From the IMG/VR virus record IMGVR_UViG_3300006931_000007: a stretch of DNA of 64,000 nucleotides. The stretch is one strand, 5' to 3'. The notes beneath the pieces are model-generated. The model did no database searches. It was not told the DNA's origin and saw only the letters and a list, made by a program, of their open reading frames with translations. The position numbers and the translations under genes were made by a program. Source of the stretch: a virus. Position 1 is the stretch's first letter. Each line of letters begins with the position of its first letter. Below, piece after piece: positions 16,548-25,338 of the stretch.

Positions 16548-19442
16548 TTAATTCCTCACAATGTCTTGAATCGCCGCCGGGTTCCGGCGCATCGTATTGA
16601 TCAGCACCTGTTCGCCCGCCGGAGTGTTCATGAAGTCCTCCAGCAACGCGGGATCAACCAGGTTGATAATCCGCAAGCCGTTCTGACCGTTCTGTTGTTG
16701 GGCTTGCGCATCTTTCGTGTTCGGATCGCCTTTGCGAACCTGGCGAGGCGTCGCAATGCTGACTTTCTCGCCGGGCGTCGCGCGGAAGGCGACCATTTGC
16801 GAATCCTGACCACCCGCGCCGCCGACAACGAAATCACCGCCGGTCTTGAATCCGAGACCGGCGATTTGAGCAACGTTCGCCGCGGCGCTAACGCCGACGG
16901 CTGCGGCCAGCGCATAGTTTACCGGAGGCGGAGCCGACGCCAAAGCCTTTTGCACCGCCAAGACACCGTCAATGGTCGCCTGTGTAACGGCTGCGGCCCG
17001 TCCAATAGCAGCGATCTTGCTATTGCCGGACTTCGAGAGGACGGCGAGGTTGCCAAAGAACTGTTGCGCATTGTTCAATTGAACCGCGCTGGTCTCCGCC
17101 TGGACCTTCGCCCGCATCTGTTGGGCAGTTTGCTCGCTGATCAGATCGGCCTGACGCATTTGGTCAATTTGATCGTACATCGTTTGGAAGCGCGCCATTT
17201 GCGCGTCCAACTGCTCTTGCGTACCGGCGAACAAGTCTTGGTTCTGCGATGCGAGCGCGTCCGTGGCATCACCTTTCGTGAAGCCCGAGGACGGATCAGC
17301 GAGCAGGGCCTGGATAGCCTGAAGCTGGGTGGTAAAGCCTTCGCGCTGCTTGACCGAATTCGACAGCAAAGCGTCTTGGGCTTGTACTACCTTGTTCAAG
17401 TCCTGCATAGCCACGAGGCGTTCGCGGATCGCCGCCGATTCCGCCGCCGAGAGGATGATGCCTTGATTCTGGAGGTCCTGTTGAATCGACATCATCTGGC
17501 TTTCGACTTCGCGGGCGTCCGCCGACATGCCCAACAGCTTTGTCTGCTGGTCCATTTCGCGGTTGAGCTTCCCGATAGGGTCGATCACGTCTTGATAATG
17601 GAGCTTGACAAGTTCCAAATACTGCGCTTCTTTCTCCCGGCTGATCAGACCCTTCTCGACCGATTGGGTCAAGATGTCCTGGGCCTTTTTCATTTCGAGC
17701 ATCGCACCATCTACCGGGTAAATGGTGTTCAGGAGCGAGCGGAGCTGATTCTGAAGTTTCTCCAGCGCCTTCTCCGCCTGCGGATCGGTGAATTGGGTAG
17801 GCTTCCCAATCGGTTTGGTCAGGTCCGCCGGGGCTTCAGTTTTTACCGCGGCCAGCCGATCCTTCCCGATCTGTTCGGCGCGCTTCAATTGGTCATCGAC
17901 AAACTTCTCAAGGGCTCCGCCTTGGGATTGGAAGCCCTCGTTGAAAATCTCGCCGAACGATTTGCCTGCGTCCGCAAATTCAGCTTTGTCGAACTTAACA
18001 AGCTCAATCGGGTCCTTCCCAACAGCTTTGCGAACCTCGTTGATTTTCCCGATGACAACGTTGCTCAGGTCCTCCATCGTTGTCAACACGGCGTTGTATG
18101 CCATCTTGAACGGAGCAATCAGCAAGGTCGGAATCGCCGAGAAGGTCGCGACCACCGCGTTGTAGAATCCGATCAGGAGCCCGCCGATAGCGTCGAAGGT
18201 CCGCGCGACGGCTTTCAATATGCCCGCGAACCCGGTGCCCACCCCCTGATAAAATTGAGAATAGCTGTTGGCCCAATCCTTCGTTGCCTGATCGGTCGAG
18301 GAGGTAACGGCTTGGAAAGCGGTCGAAGCGATCCCGCCCAACCAGGTGAAGAACTCGCCCGCGGCAGCGCGCGCGACTCCGAACGCGGCCACGGCGGCTT
18401 CGCCGAAGGCCCGGAGCACGTCGTTGACGCTGGTCACCCCGTCGATACCAGCATCCATTTCGTCGCCGAAGCGCGCCAGGTAGACGGTGGCAGCGGCTAT
18501 CGCCGCGGCGAGGGCAATGAACGGGTTCGAGTAGATGAGCGTGAACAGGGCTTGAAGCGCCTGCATGAATTTGAAAATCACCGCCGGGGCGAAGGCGACG
18601 GCGAGCGCGGCGCCGACTGACAACGCAATCGTCGCAATCTGGTCGATGTTCTCGGCAATGAAGCGCGCCGCGGCGCCGAAGGCTTTACTGGCTCCAATCG
18701 ACTCATTCAGCTCACCAATATATTTGGTGATCGCGTTGTCGATAACGATGAAGCCTTGACCAATCGTCGTTACCGACTTGGCAAAGTCCTCATCCAGCTG
18801 CGCCGATCCTTTCAAGAAGGCTTCAAAGAATTGTTTGTTGCTAACCTGACCCGATTTAACCATCTGGGTCAGCTTGCCAATACTGCCCCCAGTCGCGTCC
18901 ATACCTCGGGCGACCGTTTGGAGGATCACCGGCGCGCCGTCGATCAACGAGTTGAATTCTTGGGCTTGAATCTTCGCACCGCCGAGCGCCTGACCCAATT
19001 GGAGTAGAGCCCCGGAAGCCTGCGTGGAGGACGTATGCTGAACAGCGAGCGCCTTACCGACGCCCTCAGTGAACTTGATGATTTGGGCCTGGGATGCGCC
19101 CAAGTCAGAACCCGCTCGCGCGGCTCGGGAGTATAGGTCAACCACGTCGCTGAAACCAACCCGAGTTCGTTGCGCCGCGGCGAACAGCTGTTCAGTAACG
19201 GTCTTGGCTTCGTTCGTCGATTTCGTCGCGATAGCGATTTGACCCGCGGCGGCGGACCAGGCATCAGCATACTGTTTGACTTTGTCAATTGCGAGGAAAG
19301 CGAGAACGCCGGCCAGCGCCTTCTTGAGCAGGTCGAGACCGTCCGCAGATTTCTTCGCGGTGTCGCCTATGTCCTCCAGGTTACGCTTGACAACCTTGCT
19401 GCCCTGCTCCTGGATGACAATGTCAATGCGTTCAGTGGCCAC
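16548..19442 (-). CDS. tape measure protein
   Basis: 964 aa, Ala/Gln-rich helical sequence with a hydrophobic central segment. It lies downstream of the chaperone pair. Confidence 0.85.
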   Translation of the reverse strand: MATERIDIVIQEQGSKVVKRNLEDIGDTAKKSADGLDLLKKALAGVLAFLAIDKVKQYADAWSAAAGQIAIATKSTNEAKTVTEQLFAAAQRTRVGFSDVVDLYSRAARAGSDLGASQAQIIKFTEGVGKALAVQHTSSTQASGALLQLGQALGGAKIQAQEFNSLIDGAPVILQTVARGMDATGGSIGKLTQMVKSGQVSNKQFFEAFLKGSAQLDEDFAKSVTTIGQGFIVIDNAITKYIGELNESIGASKAFGAAARFIAENIDQIATIALSVGAALAVAFAPAVIFKFMQALQALFTLIYSNPFIALAAAIAAATVYLARFGDEMDAGIDGVTSVNDVLRAFGEAAVAAFGVARAAAGEFFTWLGGIASTAFQAVTSSTDQATKDWANSYSQFYQGVGTGFAGILKAVARTFDAIGGLLIGFYNAVVATFSAIPTLLIAPFKMAYNAVLTTMEDLSNVVIGKINEVRKAVGKDPIELVKFDKAEFADAGKSFGEIFNEGFQSQGGALEKFVDDQLKRAEQIGKDRLAAVKTEAPADLTKPIGKPTQFTDPQAEKALEKLQNQLRSLLNTIYPVDGAMLEMKKAQDILTQSVEKGLISREKEAQYLELVKLHYQDVIDPIGKLNREMDQQTKLLGMSADAREVESQMMSIQQDLQNQGIILSAAESAAIRERLVAMQDLNKVVQAQDALLSNSVKQREGFTTQLQAIQALLADPSSGFTKGDATDALASQNQDLFAGTQEQLDAQMARFQTMYDQIDQMRQADLISEQTAQQMRAKVQAETSAVQLNNAQQFFGNLAVLSKSGNSKIAAIGRAAAVTQATIDGVLAVQKALASAPPPVNYALAAAVGVSAAANVAQIAGLGFKTGGDFVVGGAGGQDSQMVAFRATPGEKVSIATPRQVRKGDPNTKDAQAQQQNGQNGLRIINLVDPALLEDFMNTPAGEQVLINTMRRNPAAIQDIVRN

Positions 19443-19457
19443 AACCTATCTCCGGGC

Positions 19458-19934
19458 TCAAACGTACTGGTCAGAAATAATATGAGCGCGTGTCACCGCA
19501 TCGACCGCCTCCAACACAGCTTCTTCGACGAAGCCGGCTGGCGCTTGGGCGGACGATCCATCATTCAAATCCTGGATGTACGGGACATTATTTGTAATAT
19601 GGATTTCTTGGCCGGAAGTATAACCCGCAATGACGGTTTCGGCTTGATCAATAGCGGCTTGGGTATTGGCGGCGGCGGTCGAGCCCAACTCACCGGGGAC
19701 ATAGGGCTCAATTTCGGTATCCGGGGCGGCGCCCAAGGTAGCAATCCAGTTGCTTCGGGCGCGTCCCGTATCGACCGGAGTGCCTGATACAACGGCTTGG
19801 TCGGCGACAAGCGCAACTTTTCTAACCAGGGTGTCAGCGTTCTTCGCTACACCCGCGGCTCGAACTTTGATGCGGCGACCAAAGTCATACAGGCTTGGCA
19901 CGGTTGGCACTCCACTCAAGGTACTTAGCATCAA
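19458..19934 (-). CDS. HK97 gp10-like protein
   Basis: The GTPVDTGRARSNW motif is typical of the HK97 gp10 family. The position between the GT chaperone and the TMP is unusual. The start may be later, because it overlaps 19885..20133 by 50 nt. Confidence 0.55.
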   Translation of the reverse strand: MMLSTLSGVPTVPSLYDFGRRIKVRAAGVAKNADTLVRKVALVADQAVVSGTPVDTGRARSNWIATLGAAPDTEIEPYVPGELGSTAAANTQAAIDQAETVIAGYTSGQEIHITNNVPYIQDLNDGSSAQAPAGFVEEAVLEAVDAVTRAHIISDQYV

Positions 19935-20636
19935 GCCGGGTCACCAGCCAAAGAAAGTCCTCACGCTGTTCCCCATAAATCTCGACCGCTTCACAATAGT
20001 CAATCATCATCAGCAGGGAGATCGGCCCGAGGGAGAAGCCCACCGAACGGGTCGAAGTCAAATCAATGAAGCCGCTGTAATACAGCTCAAGCCCCAAGAA
20101 TAACTCCGGCGCGTTCTGTATCCGGTCGGGCAAAGGGAGCCCGAACCGGAAACATTGCTCAATAATCTTTCCCTCTACTGGCCCTTGCTCGAATCCGTAA
20201 GCGAGGACCGCCCAGAGTTTCCCAGGTCGGCTTCCAGGACTTCTTCGCGGAATAACGCGATTGAAGCCGCTTGGTCAACGAGGTCGGCATACAGGTCCGG
20301 GAGGTCATTCATGACCTTCAGGACGTTCTCACGGTTGAAGGTGAGAGTCTTGCCGGTTTCGTCCTCGACGCCCATCCAATCGAGAATACAATGGTCAACA
20401 AAACAGTTCTTTTGCAGTTCGGTCGCCTGGTCATTCGTAAATGTACCGGCTTGAATTGACTTGCGGAACGGCTTGGCAGCGCGCTCCATGGCCTTCGTGT
20501 AGGCTTTGTTATCGCCGCCGGAGCGCGCGATGCGGATGCGCAGCGGCGTGACGCCGTCGCTCGCCTTGCCATACTCTAACCACACGCCTTCGGTTTCGAG
20601 GCTCTTGGACGTTTTGAACGTATTGTACAGGCTCAT
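19885..20636 (-). CDS. tail assembly chaperone G-T fusion via predicted -1 frameshift
   Basis: The -1 frame is open from about 20274 through 19885 and overlaps the 3' end of 20175..20636. The slippery site G_GGA_AAC is in the correct phase. Confidence 0.6.
20175..20636 (-). CDS. tail assembly chaperone (G-like, zero-frame product)
   Basis: 153-aa acidic ORF between the major tail gene and the TMP. It contains a slippery heptamer near its 3' end. Confidence 0.75.
   Translation of the reverse strand: MSLYNTFKTSKSLETEGVWLEYGKASDGVTPLRIRIARSGGDNKAYTKAMERAAKPFRKSIQAGTFTNDQATELQKNCFVDHCILDWMGVEDETGKTLTFNRENVLKVMNDLPDLYADLVDQAASIALFREEVLEADLGNSGRSSLTDSSKGQ
20217..20223 (-). other. -1 programmed ribosomal frameshift slippery heptamer GGGAAAC
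   Basis: The zero frame reads CTG GGA AAC (X XXY YYZ). This is the same class of site as the lambda G/GT GGGAAAG. Confidence 0.6.
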
Positions 20637-20654
20637 TCTCTGTTTCTCCGTAGA

Positions 20655-20679
20655 TGTAAGAAGGGGGCCGAAGCCCCCT
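20655..20679 (-). terminator. intrinsic terminator after the major tail gene
   Basis: Minus strand reads AGGGGGC-TTCG-GCCCCCT followed by TCTTAC. The U-tract is weak. Confidence 0.55.
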
Positions 20680-20683
20680 GCGA

Positions 20684-22210
20684 TTATACGTCAGCGAGGT
20701 TCGGAAGGTAAGGGAGTTCATTGAACAGCAAGGTATGACCCTGCGCGCCTTCCGCGGCGTCGGTCGAGAGGGGCAGCGTGATGGGCTGATCCTGCTCAAC
20801 GTTCAAACGGCCATCGCCGAGCGCGATCAACGGAATATCGAACACCAGACCAGCGTTGTTTTTAACCAGCGCGAAGTCCAGGGTGACATCGGAGTTGTTA
20901 CGCACAGCTTGGACCGCGGCGATGTCTGCAAAATACGCCGTGACATTACCAGATACCTCGAAGGTGCCTGCGGTAACGTCAAACGCGCCCAACACAGCGA
21001 CCGCCTTGTTGGGCGTCACGTTGTTGTTAATCGTCACGGTCAGTTCGGTCAGGAACGCGAACAGCGGCGAGGGGTTCGTGTTACCGGCGGTGATCAAGTG
21101 CATCTTGATCCGGCTGAAGTCCGAGCTGGTATTGAACGCCGGAGAATCGACCAGGTCAGGACGGGTGCCGGTTTTCACGCCAACCACGCCCGCGCGCTGT
21201 TCATTATCCGTCGCAACGAAGCTGAGATCAGCCGTGACCTTATCGGCCTGCTTGATCTGAAGCGCCATTTCGTTCGGAACCGCGCCCACCAGATACTCGG
21301 ACATCACGCCGTCAGCGTCATTGCCCAAGGTACGTTCCAGCTGGTACGTGCGACGCTTGACCAGGCTCGGGGTCTTTTCGTTCTTGATCACGTTACCGAA
21401 GAAGATTTGAACCGTTTTGCCAGTGCCGGTTTCAGCCGCCATCGTCGAAGCAGTCTTGTCCAGTTCGATATACGCCGCGGCGACCGCGCGAACGCGGGCG
21501 AAGCCGTTGTTCAGAGCGTTGGTGAAACGGAGCGTGGAGCTATCACCGCCAATGAAAATCCATTCTCCGGGGATCAAACCGAGCGTGGTGAAGTCGAAGG
21601 TGCCTGAAGCGCGATTGAGGCGCGGGTACGATCCACTGACAACCACATCCAGCGTCGCCGAAGCAAAACGGTGGCCGACCTTCTGGAGCTTGGCGGTAGC
21701 CGCCGGGGTTTCATCGGCCAGGTTCTCTGCGACAACCACGGTGCCAGAGGTCGAAGCCGTGACCGTCTTGAGGCCGTTGTTTGCCGCCTGGACGAAGCCC
21801 GAGGCCAGAATCAGATCGTCAAGCGCGAAGCCGCCGAGACCGGAGGCCGCTGCATAGGTATCGTCCACCGTAGTGACGCCGGTCAAAGCCAGGGCAACGG
21901 AGTTCATCGGCGCTGTGGTTAGCTTCTCACGAATGTCTGCGAAGAAAAAACCTTGCATCAAACGGGTAAAGTTGGTTTGGGTCAAGTCCTGACCGAAACC
22001 GCCGGAGGCGTCGAGGTCGGTGATGACGCCTTTCTTGCGTTGGCGGCTCGGGTTGATCGGATTCCGCGCAAGCAACTTCAGCTGACCGCCAAAGTCGTTG
22101 TAGCCATTCGGCTCACCGGGATACCAGATTGGAGTCACCGGGAGAACCTTGATGCTGGTTTCCTCCGCGTACCGCAAACCAGTTACGTTTGAATCAATCT
22201 TGTTCGCCAT
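20684..22210 (-). CDS. major tail (tube) protein
   Basis: 508 aa, lying between the tail terminator-like gene and the chaperones, and followed by a hairpin as abundant structural genes often are. Confidence 0.7.
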   Translation of the reverse strand: MANKIDSNVTGLRYAEETSIKVLPVTPIWYPGEPNGYNDFGGQLKLLARNPINPSRQRKKGVITDLDASGGFGQDLTQTNFTRLMQGFFFADIREKLTTAPMNSVALALTGVTTVDDTYAAASGLGGFALDDLILASGFVQAANNGLKTVTASTSGTVVVAENLADETPAATAKLQKVGHRFASATLDVVVSGSYPRLNRASGTFDFTTLGLIPGEWIFIGGDSSTLRFTNALNNGFARVRAVAAAYIELDKTASTMAAETGTGKTVQIFFGNVIKNEKTPSLVKRRTYQLERTLGNDADGVMSEYLVGAVPNEMALQIKQADKVTADLSFVATDNEQRAGVVGVKTGTRPDLVDSPAFNTSSDFSRIKMHLITAGNTNPSPLFAFLTELTVTINNNVTPNKAVAVLGAFDVTAGTFEVSGNVTAYFADIAAVQAVRNNSDVTLDFALVKNNAGLVFDIPLIALGDGRLNVEQDQPITLPLSTDAAEGAQGHTLLFNELPYLPNLADV

Positions 22211-22245
22211 GTCGGTGCTCCTAAAAGTTGTCTGGGGCGATGCAA

Positions 22246-22692
22246 TCAGCGCATCTCATCGTATCGAAACTCAACCACAACGTTGAATTGGAAATGCGCC
22301 TTGCTTGGGCCAATTTCTTGAATCCGAGCGTTGCGAAACCAAATACCGCTTGCGGTTCCTCGCCCCTCATATGCGTCCCGGGCGATTATGCCTAATTTTT
22401 CAGCAAGAGACAAGCCTTGGCCTTTGCTGAGTGGAGCGAATACCTGAACCGTGATTATGCCGGGACGGTTGAAACGCCGGGAGCCGGTCGGACCGAAGGT
22501 TGTTTGTTTACTGGTCGCATGCTTAATGAACAGGCGCGCAAAGGGCTCTTCCGGGGGCGGCGGGTCCATAGGGTCTACGCCCTGCCATTCGACCCGGGGC
22601 ACATTTCCTCCGTTCACAGCCGGAGTCTGAGCCTTCCAATAGTCATTGAACAGGGCCTGTATTTCATCCCGCGCGCTATCGAACGCTGTCAT
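22246..22692 (-). CDS. tail terminator-like protein (gpU/DUF4128-like)
   Basis: Start moved to ATG 22692 (ATGA overlap with the upstream stop). Size and position fit a tail terminator. The family call is from memory. Confidence 0.55.
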   Translation of the reverse strand: MTAFDSARDEIQALFNDYWKAQTPAVNGGNVPRVEWQGVDPMDPPPPEEPFARLFIKHATSKQTTFGPTGSRRFNRPGIITVQVFAPLSKGQGLSLAEKLGIIARDAYEGRGTASGIWFRNARIQEIGPSKAHFQFNVVVEFRYDEMR

Positions 22693-23078
22693 TGGCGCAC
22701 CCATAATTCATAGATGATTTTCTCACCGTTCGGGTCGAGAAGATCAGCGGCCTGAATACTCCATATGCTTCCGTCCTCGCGGATCAAGAAGCTGTTCAAA
22801 TCAGGATCGTTAATCAGCCCAACACAGGACAGGTAGACCTGCTTGTCACCGATCCGCGCCAAGGTTCCATCAGCATACACTTTTGCTTCGCGACCCTTCC
22901 CGCTGTAGTTCAGGAACACGCACTGGATTCCGGTTTGATCAACCGGAACCTTCGCGCTGGGCTTCCAAGGATGGTCAGGATCATCGACGCCCGCGGGAAA
23001 AGTACGAAGCGTGGTTGGTCCGCCATTCTTGTCAATCAACTTCTTGGCGAGTGCTATGGCGCTACTGAAGCGAGCCAT
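22689..23078 (-). CDS. head-tail joining protein (tentative)
   Basis: 129-aa ORF between the adaptor-like and terminator-like genes. Confidence 0.55.
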   Translation of the reverse strand: MARFSSAIALAKKLIDKNGGPTTLRTFPAGVDDPDHPWKPSAKVPVDQTGIQCVFLNYSGKGREAKVYADGTLARIGDKQVYLSCVGLINDPDLNSFLIREDGSIWSIQAADLLDPNGEKIIYELWVRQ

Positions 23079-23079
23079 A

Positions 23080-23595
23080 TCAGCCCCTCATCACTTGGCC
23101 GGCGGCGAGCACCAACCCGGTTGATGTCAGCTTCCGATCCGCCGCGGGATAGCGCGGCATCGCAAATGAAGCCCCATTCACATAAGTGACCGATTCTTTG
23201 ATTGGGCCAACTTCTTCCGATTTCGATTGGATCGCCGCGCCGGTCTCATCAGCAACCGGATCGGGCGCCAAGACCGCTGAAAGCGCGCGAAGGGCATATT
23301 CAGCCGTGGCTTCTTTGACCGCAGACGGAATTCCATTTTGGTAAAAGCGGTCACGGTCCCATGCGTTGTTACGGGGCCAGGAAGTATCTTGCTCAAGGTT
23401 ACGGCGGCGCCCGACATAGCTGAAGCGATCATCCAGATAGTCCGTCGCGAGGATAATTGCCTTTTCAATATCCGCGTCCGATTTACCAACATAAGAACCT
23501 CCGCGCGCGTCATGGTAGGCTTTGAACTCGGCAACCGTGATGTAGGCGTTCGCGCCCTCCACGGTCCCGTTATCGTCTTGAACAATCAGGGCCAT
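23080..23595 (-). CDS. head-tail adaptor (gp6-like) protein
   Basis: The N-terminus ANAYITVAEFKAYHDARG resembles gp6-like connector proteins, and the position fits. Confidence 0.55.
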   Translation of the reverse strand: MALIVQDDNGTVEGANAYITVAEFKAYHDARGGSYVGKSDADIEKAIILATDYLDDRFSYVGRRRNLEQDTSWPRNNAWDRDRFYQNGIPSAVKEATAEYALRALSAVLAPDPVADETGAAIQSKSEEVGPIKESVTYVNGASFAMPRYPAADRKLTSTGLVLAAGQVMRG

Positions 23596-24297
23596 TTATT
23601 CAGCCTCCCAAAAGACTTTGTATTTGTCTCGGCGAACCTGGAGAATCAGCCGAACATATCCGCGGTTGATATCATACGCGCTTTGTCCATATCCGGGGTT
23701 GACCCGGCGCGTTTTGAGACTGGTTGTTTCAACGTTCCCGAACCAGCGACGAGCGTCGCAGGTTCCGGTATTGCTACACAACCGGCGATCCTGAAGGACT
23801 CCGCCTTGACCGCCATTGTACCCGGCCAGCATAAAGGCCAGCTGATCGGTCGGCGTCGCGGCGTCGCGAATCTGCGTGAACAAAGTACGATCCATTTCAA
23901 CAAGCGCATCGAGCTGGAACTTGGGGTCATAGCGATTCTCCCAGGCCCAGTCCTTGAGGGATGCGTGTTGGGCCTTCAGGCCTTTGAAATTGTTGAACCG
24001 CTCGGAGCCGTCCGCCTTATAGGCGATGGTGATTTGGCCGAAGCCGAAACCGTATTCACGGCTGGTCTTGAGTTCGGCCCGGGGATTCCAGCAGCGTTTA
24101 TGCGTGAGGGTGATGCAGCTTTCTTGCTCGACTTGACCGCCGAGGGTCCATGGCTCAGGCGCGGAAGCCCAAGCGACACCCTGGACCGCGGCGAGCGTCG
24201 ATGCGTACAGCTTCGCCTGCTCCGGGATATAGCTGCGAACGTCCGCGGCTAGGGCACCCCCGGCAATCAGGCATAGCAGGATCAGGCCTTTGCCCAT
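23596..24297 (-). CDS. secreted/SAR endolysin, lytic transglycosylase-like
   Basis: Start moved to the internal ATG 24297 (the 345-aa track ORF has an Arg-rich, non-coding-like N-terminal extension). It has a signal-like MGKGLILLCLIAGGALAA and an SLT-like catalytic context GGQVEQESC. Confidence 0.75.
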   Translation of the reverse strand: MGKGLILLCLIAGGALAADVRSYIPEQAKLYASTLAAVQGVAWASAPEPWTLGGQVEQESCITLTHKRCWNPRAELKTSREYGFGFGQITIAYKADGSERFNNFKGLKAQHASLKDWAWENRYDPKFQLDALVEMDRTLFTQIRDAATPTDQLAFMLAGYNGGQGGVLQDRRLCSNTGTCDARRWFGNVETTSLKTRRVNPGYGQSAYDINRGYVRLILQVRRDKYKVFWEAE

Positions 24298-24620
24298 AGC
24301 ACTAGCCCGACGAACAGCGAGGCCAGAAGGAAGCAGACGCCGAACACAACGACGGCAGCGGATAGCGAGCCCCCGCGCGCGGCTTCGATCCACTCTGTTA
24401 AATCGACCTGGGGAAGAAGTAGCCGGCAGACCACAACGCTGTTCGCCGCCAGCGCGAGGCCGAACGCGGACCATTGCAGCAGGGTAAAGAGCATGGGCCG
24501 GTCGATGATCAACAGCGGGATCAGCGCGAGCAAGAGGAGGACCCAGGCGGTCAGATCGAAGAAGGGCGTCATGCGTTTGTACAGACGATCCCACTGGTGT
24601 TGCCAGAATTCTTTGTTCAT
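24282..24620 (-). CDS. holin candidate
   Basis: About 112 aa with three hydrophobic helices. ATG 24620 overlaps the i-spanin stop as ATGA and is preceded by TGGAGCAC 7 nt upstream. Confidence 0.65.
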   Translation of the reverse strand: MNKEFWQHQWDRLYKRMTPFFDLTAWVLLLLALIPLLIIDRPMLFTLLQWSAFGLALAANSVVVCRLLLPQVDLTEWIEAARGGSLSAAVVVFGVCFLLASLFVGLVLWAKA

Positions 24621-25141
24621 TTCGGTGCTCCACACAGTTTAACGGCTGACAACGCCCACTCTTGGAGCTTGGTCAGTTGGCGGGCGGCGCCGTCGGCGTC
24701 GGCGGCGATTCCCCAGAGAGACGCTGAAGCCTCTCCCGAAAGTTCGGCTGTACCGGCACCATCAGTTCCGGCGGGGGTGACTCCAGGCGTACTGGGTCCG
24801 GTTGCATTGCAGTTGGACACTGCGAGGCGCAACCGCTTATTGCCAGTGCGCAGATCAGTAATAGTGGCTTGGTCCTTGGTCTTTTCGATCCCGGACTCAA
24901 GCTGGAATTGGGCGCGAAGGTCCGCGACGGTTTGTGCATGATCCTTCTCCATTGTACGATTCTTGGTGTTGGCTTCGTTCAACTGTCGCGTCAGCTCGCG
25001 CTCGCGCTCCAGGTTCTCCGCCGTCGCCTTTTTCCAGGCGTATGAATAGCCGCCCCAAATGCCGAACCCCCCGAGGAGAAGCCCAACAATCAGGACGGCT
25101 ACACCGACCAGCGCAAACTTCTGCCAGTCGAGTCCGAACAT
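24617..25141 (-). CDS. i-spanin (Rz-like)
   Basis: N-terminal TM (FALVGVAVLIVGLLLGGFGIW) followed by a charged coiled-coil. It fully contains a lipoprotein ORF in another frame. Confidence 0.75.
   Translation of the reverse strand: MFGLDWQKFALVGVAVLIVGLLLGGFGIWGGYSYAWKKATAENLERERELTRQLNEANTKNRTMEKDHAQTVADLRAQFQLESGIEKTKDQATITDLRTGNKRLRLAVSNCNATGPSTPGVTPAGTDGAGTAELSGEASASLWGIAADADGAARQLTKLQEWALSAVKLCGAPK
24673..24939 (-). CDS. o-spanin (Rz1-like lipoprotein) embedded in the i-spanin gene
   Basis: Lipobox LAISGC follows KRPRTKPLLLICA. The mature part is Pro-rich (PDPVRLESPPPELMVPVQP). The true start codon is uncertain. Confidence 0.65.
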   Translation of the reverse strand: MHKPSRTFAPNSSLSPGSKRPRTKPLLLICALAISGCASQCPTAMQPDPVRLESPPPELMVPVQPNFRERLQRLSGESPPTPTAPPAN

Positions 25142-25308
25142 TACACGCCGCCCTTATCCGAGCCCTTGATGGGACCGACAGGGCCGGACGGACGGGCAAC
25201 GTGATGACCGCCGTGAACGATGTGCTTGTTGCTCGGACCGTGATGCGCGCCTTTCGACTTGCTCACGAAGTCGCTTGCGCGACTCATTGTGGTTCCGTTC
25301 TTTGCCAT
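25141..25308 (-). CDS. small His/Gly-rich protein (55 aa, below ORF-track cutoff)
   Basis: Manual translation MAKNGTTMSRASDFVSKSKGAHHGPSNKHIVHGGHHVARPSGPVGPIKGSDKGGV. Strong SD (GGAGA) 7 nt upstream. Its stop overlaps the spanin ATG as TAATG. Confidence 0.5.
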   Translation of the reverse strand: MAKNGTTMSRASDFVSKSKGAHHGPSNKHIVHGGHHVARPSGPVGPIKGSDKGGV

Positions 25309-25338
25309 GATAACTCTCCTGCAGGAAAGGTTGATTGA

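Noticed and set aside
16416-18620. Long plus-strand ORFs. Examples are 16416..18620 (734 aa), 3151..4236, 12873..13946, 28672..29703, 34206..35303, 44193..45179 and 56294..57208.
   Set aside because: All lie antisense to strong minus-strand genes with recognisable motifs. Their products are Arg/Gly/Leu-rich low-complexity sequence, typical of shadow ORFs in GC-rich DNA. No SD or promoter context is visible. I found no convincing plus-strand gene in the window.
23596-24633. N-terminal extensions of track ORFs. Examples are the 345-aa version of the endolysin, 45195..46031, 36388..36984, 42265..42906, 57822..58805, 55618..56313 and 63096..63602.
   Set aside because: The extensions overlap the preceding gene in another frame, are Arg/Pro-rich, and lack an SD. 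Internal ATGs show ATGA/TAATG coupling or a GGAG at 5-10 nt.
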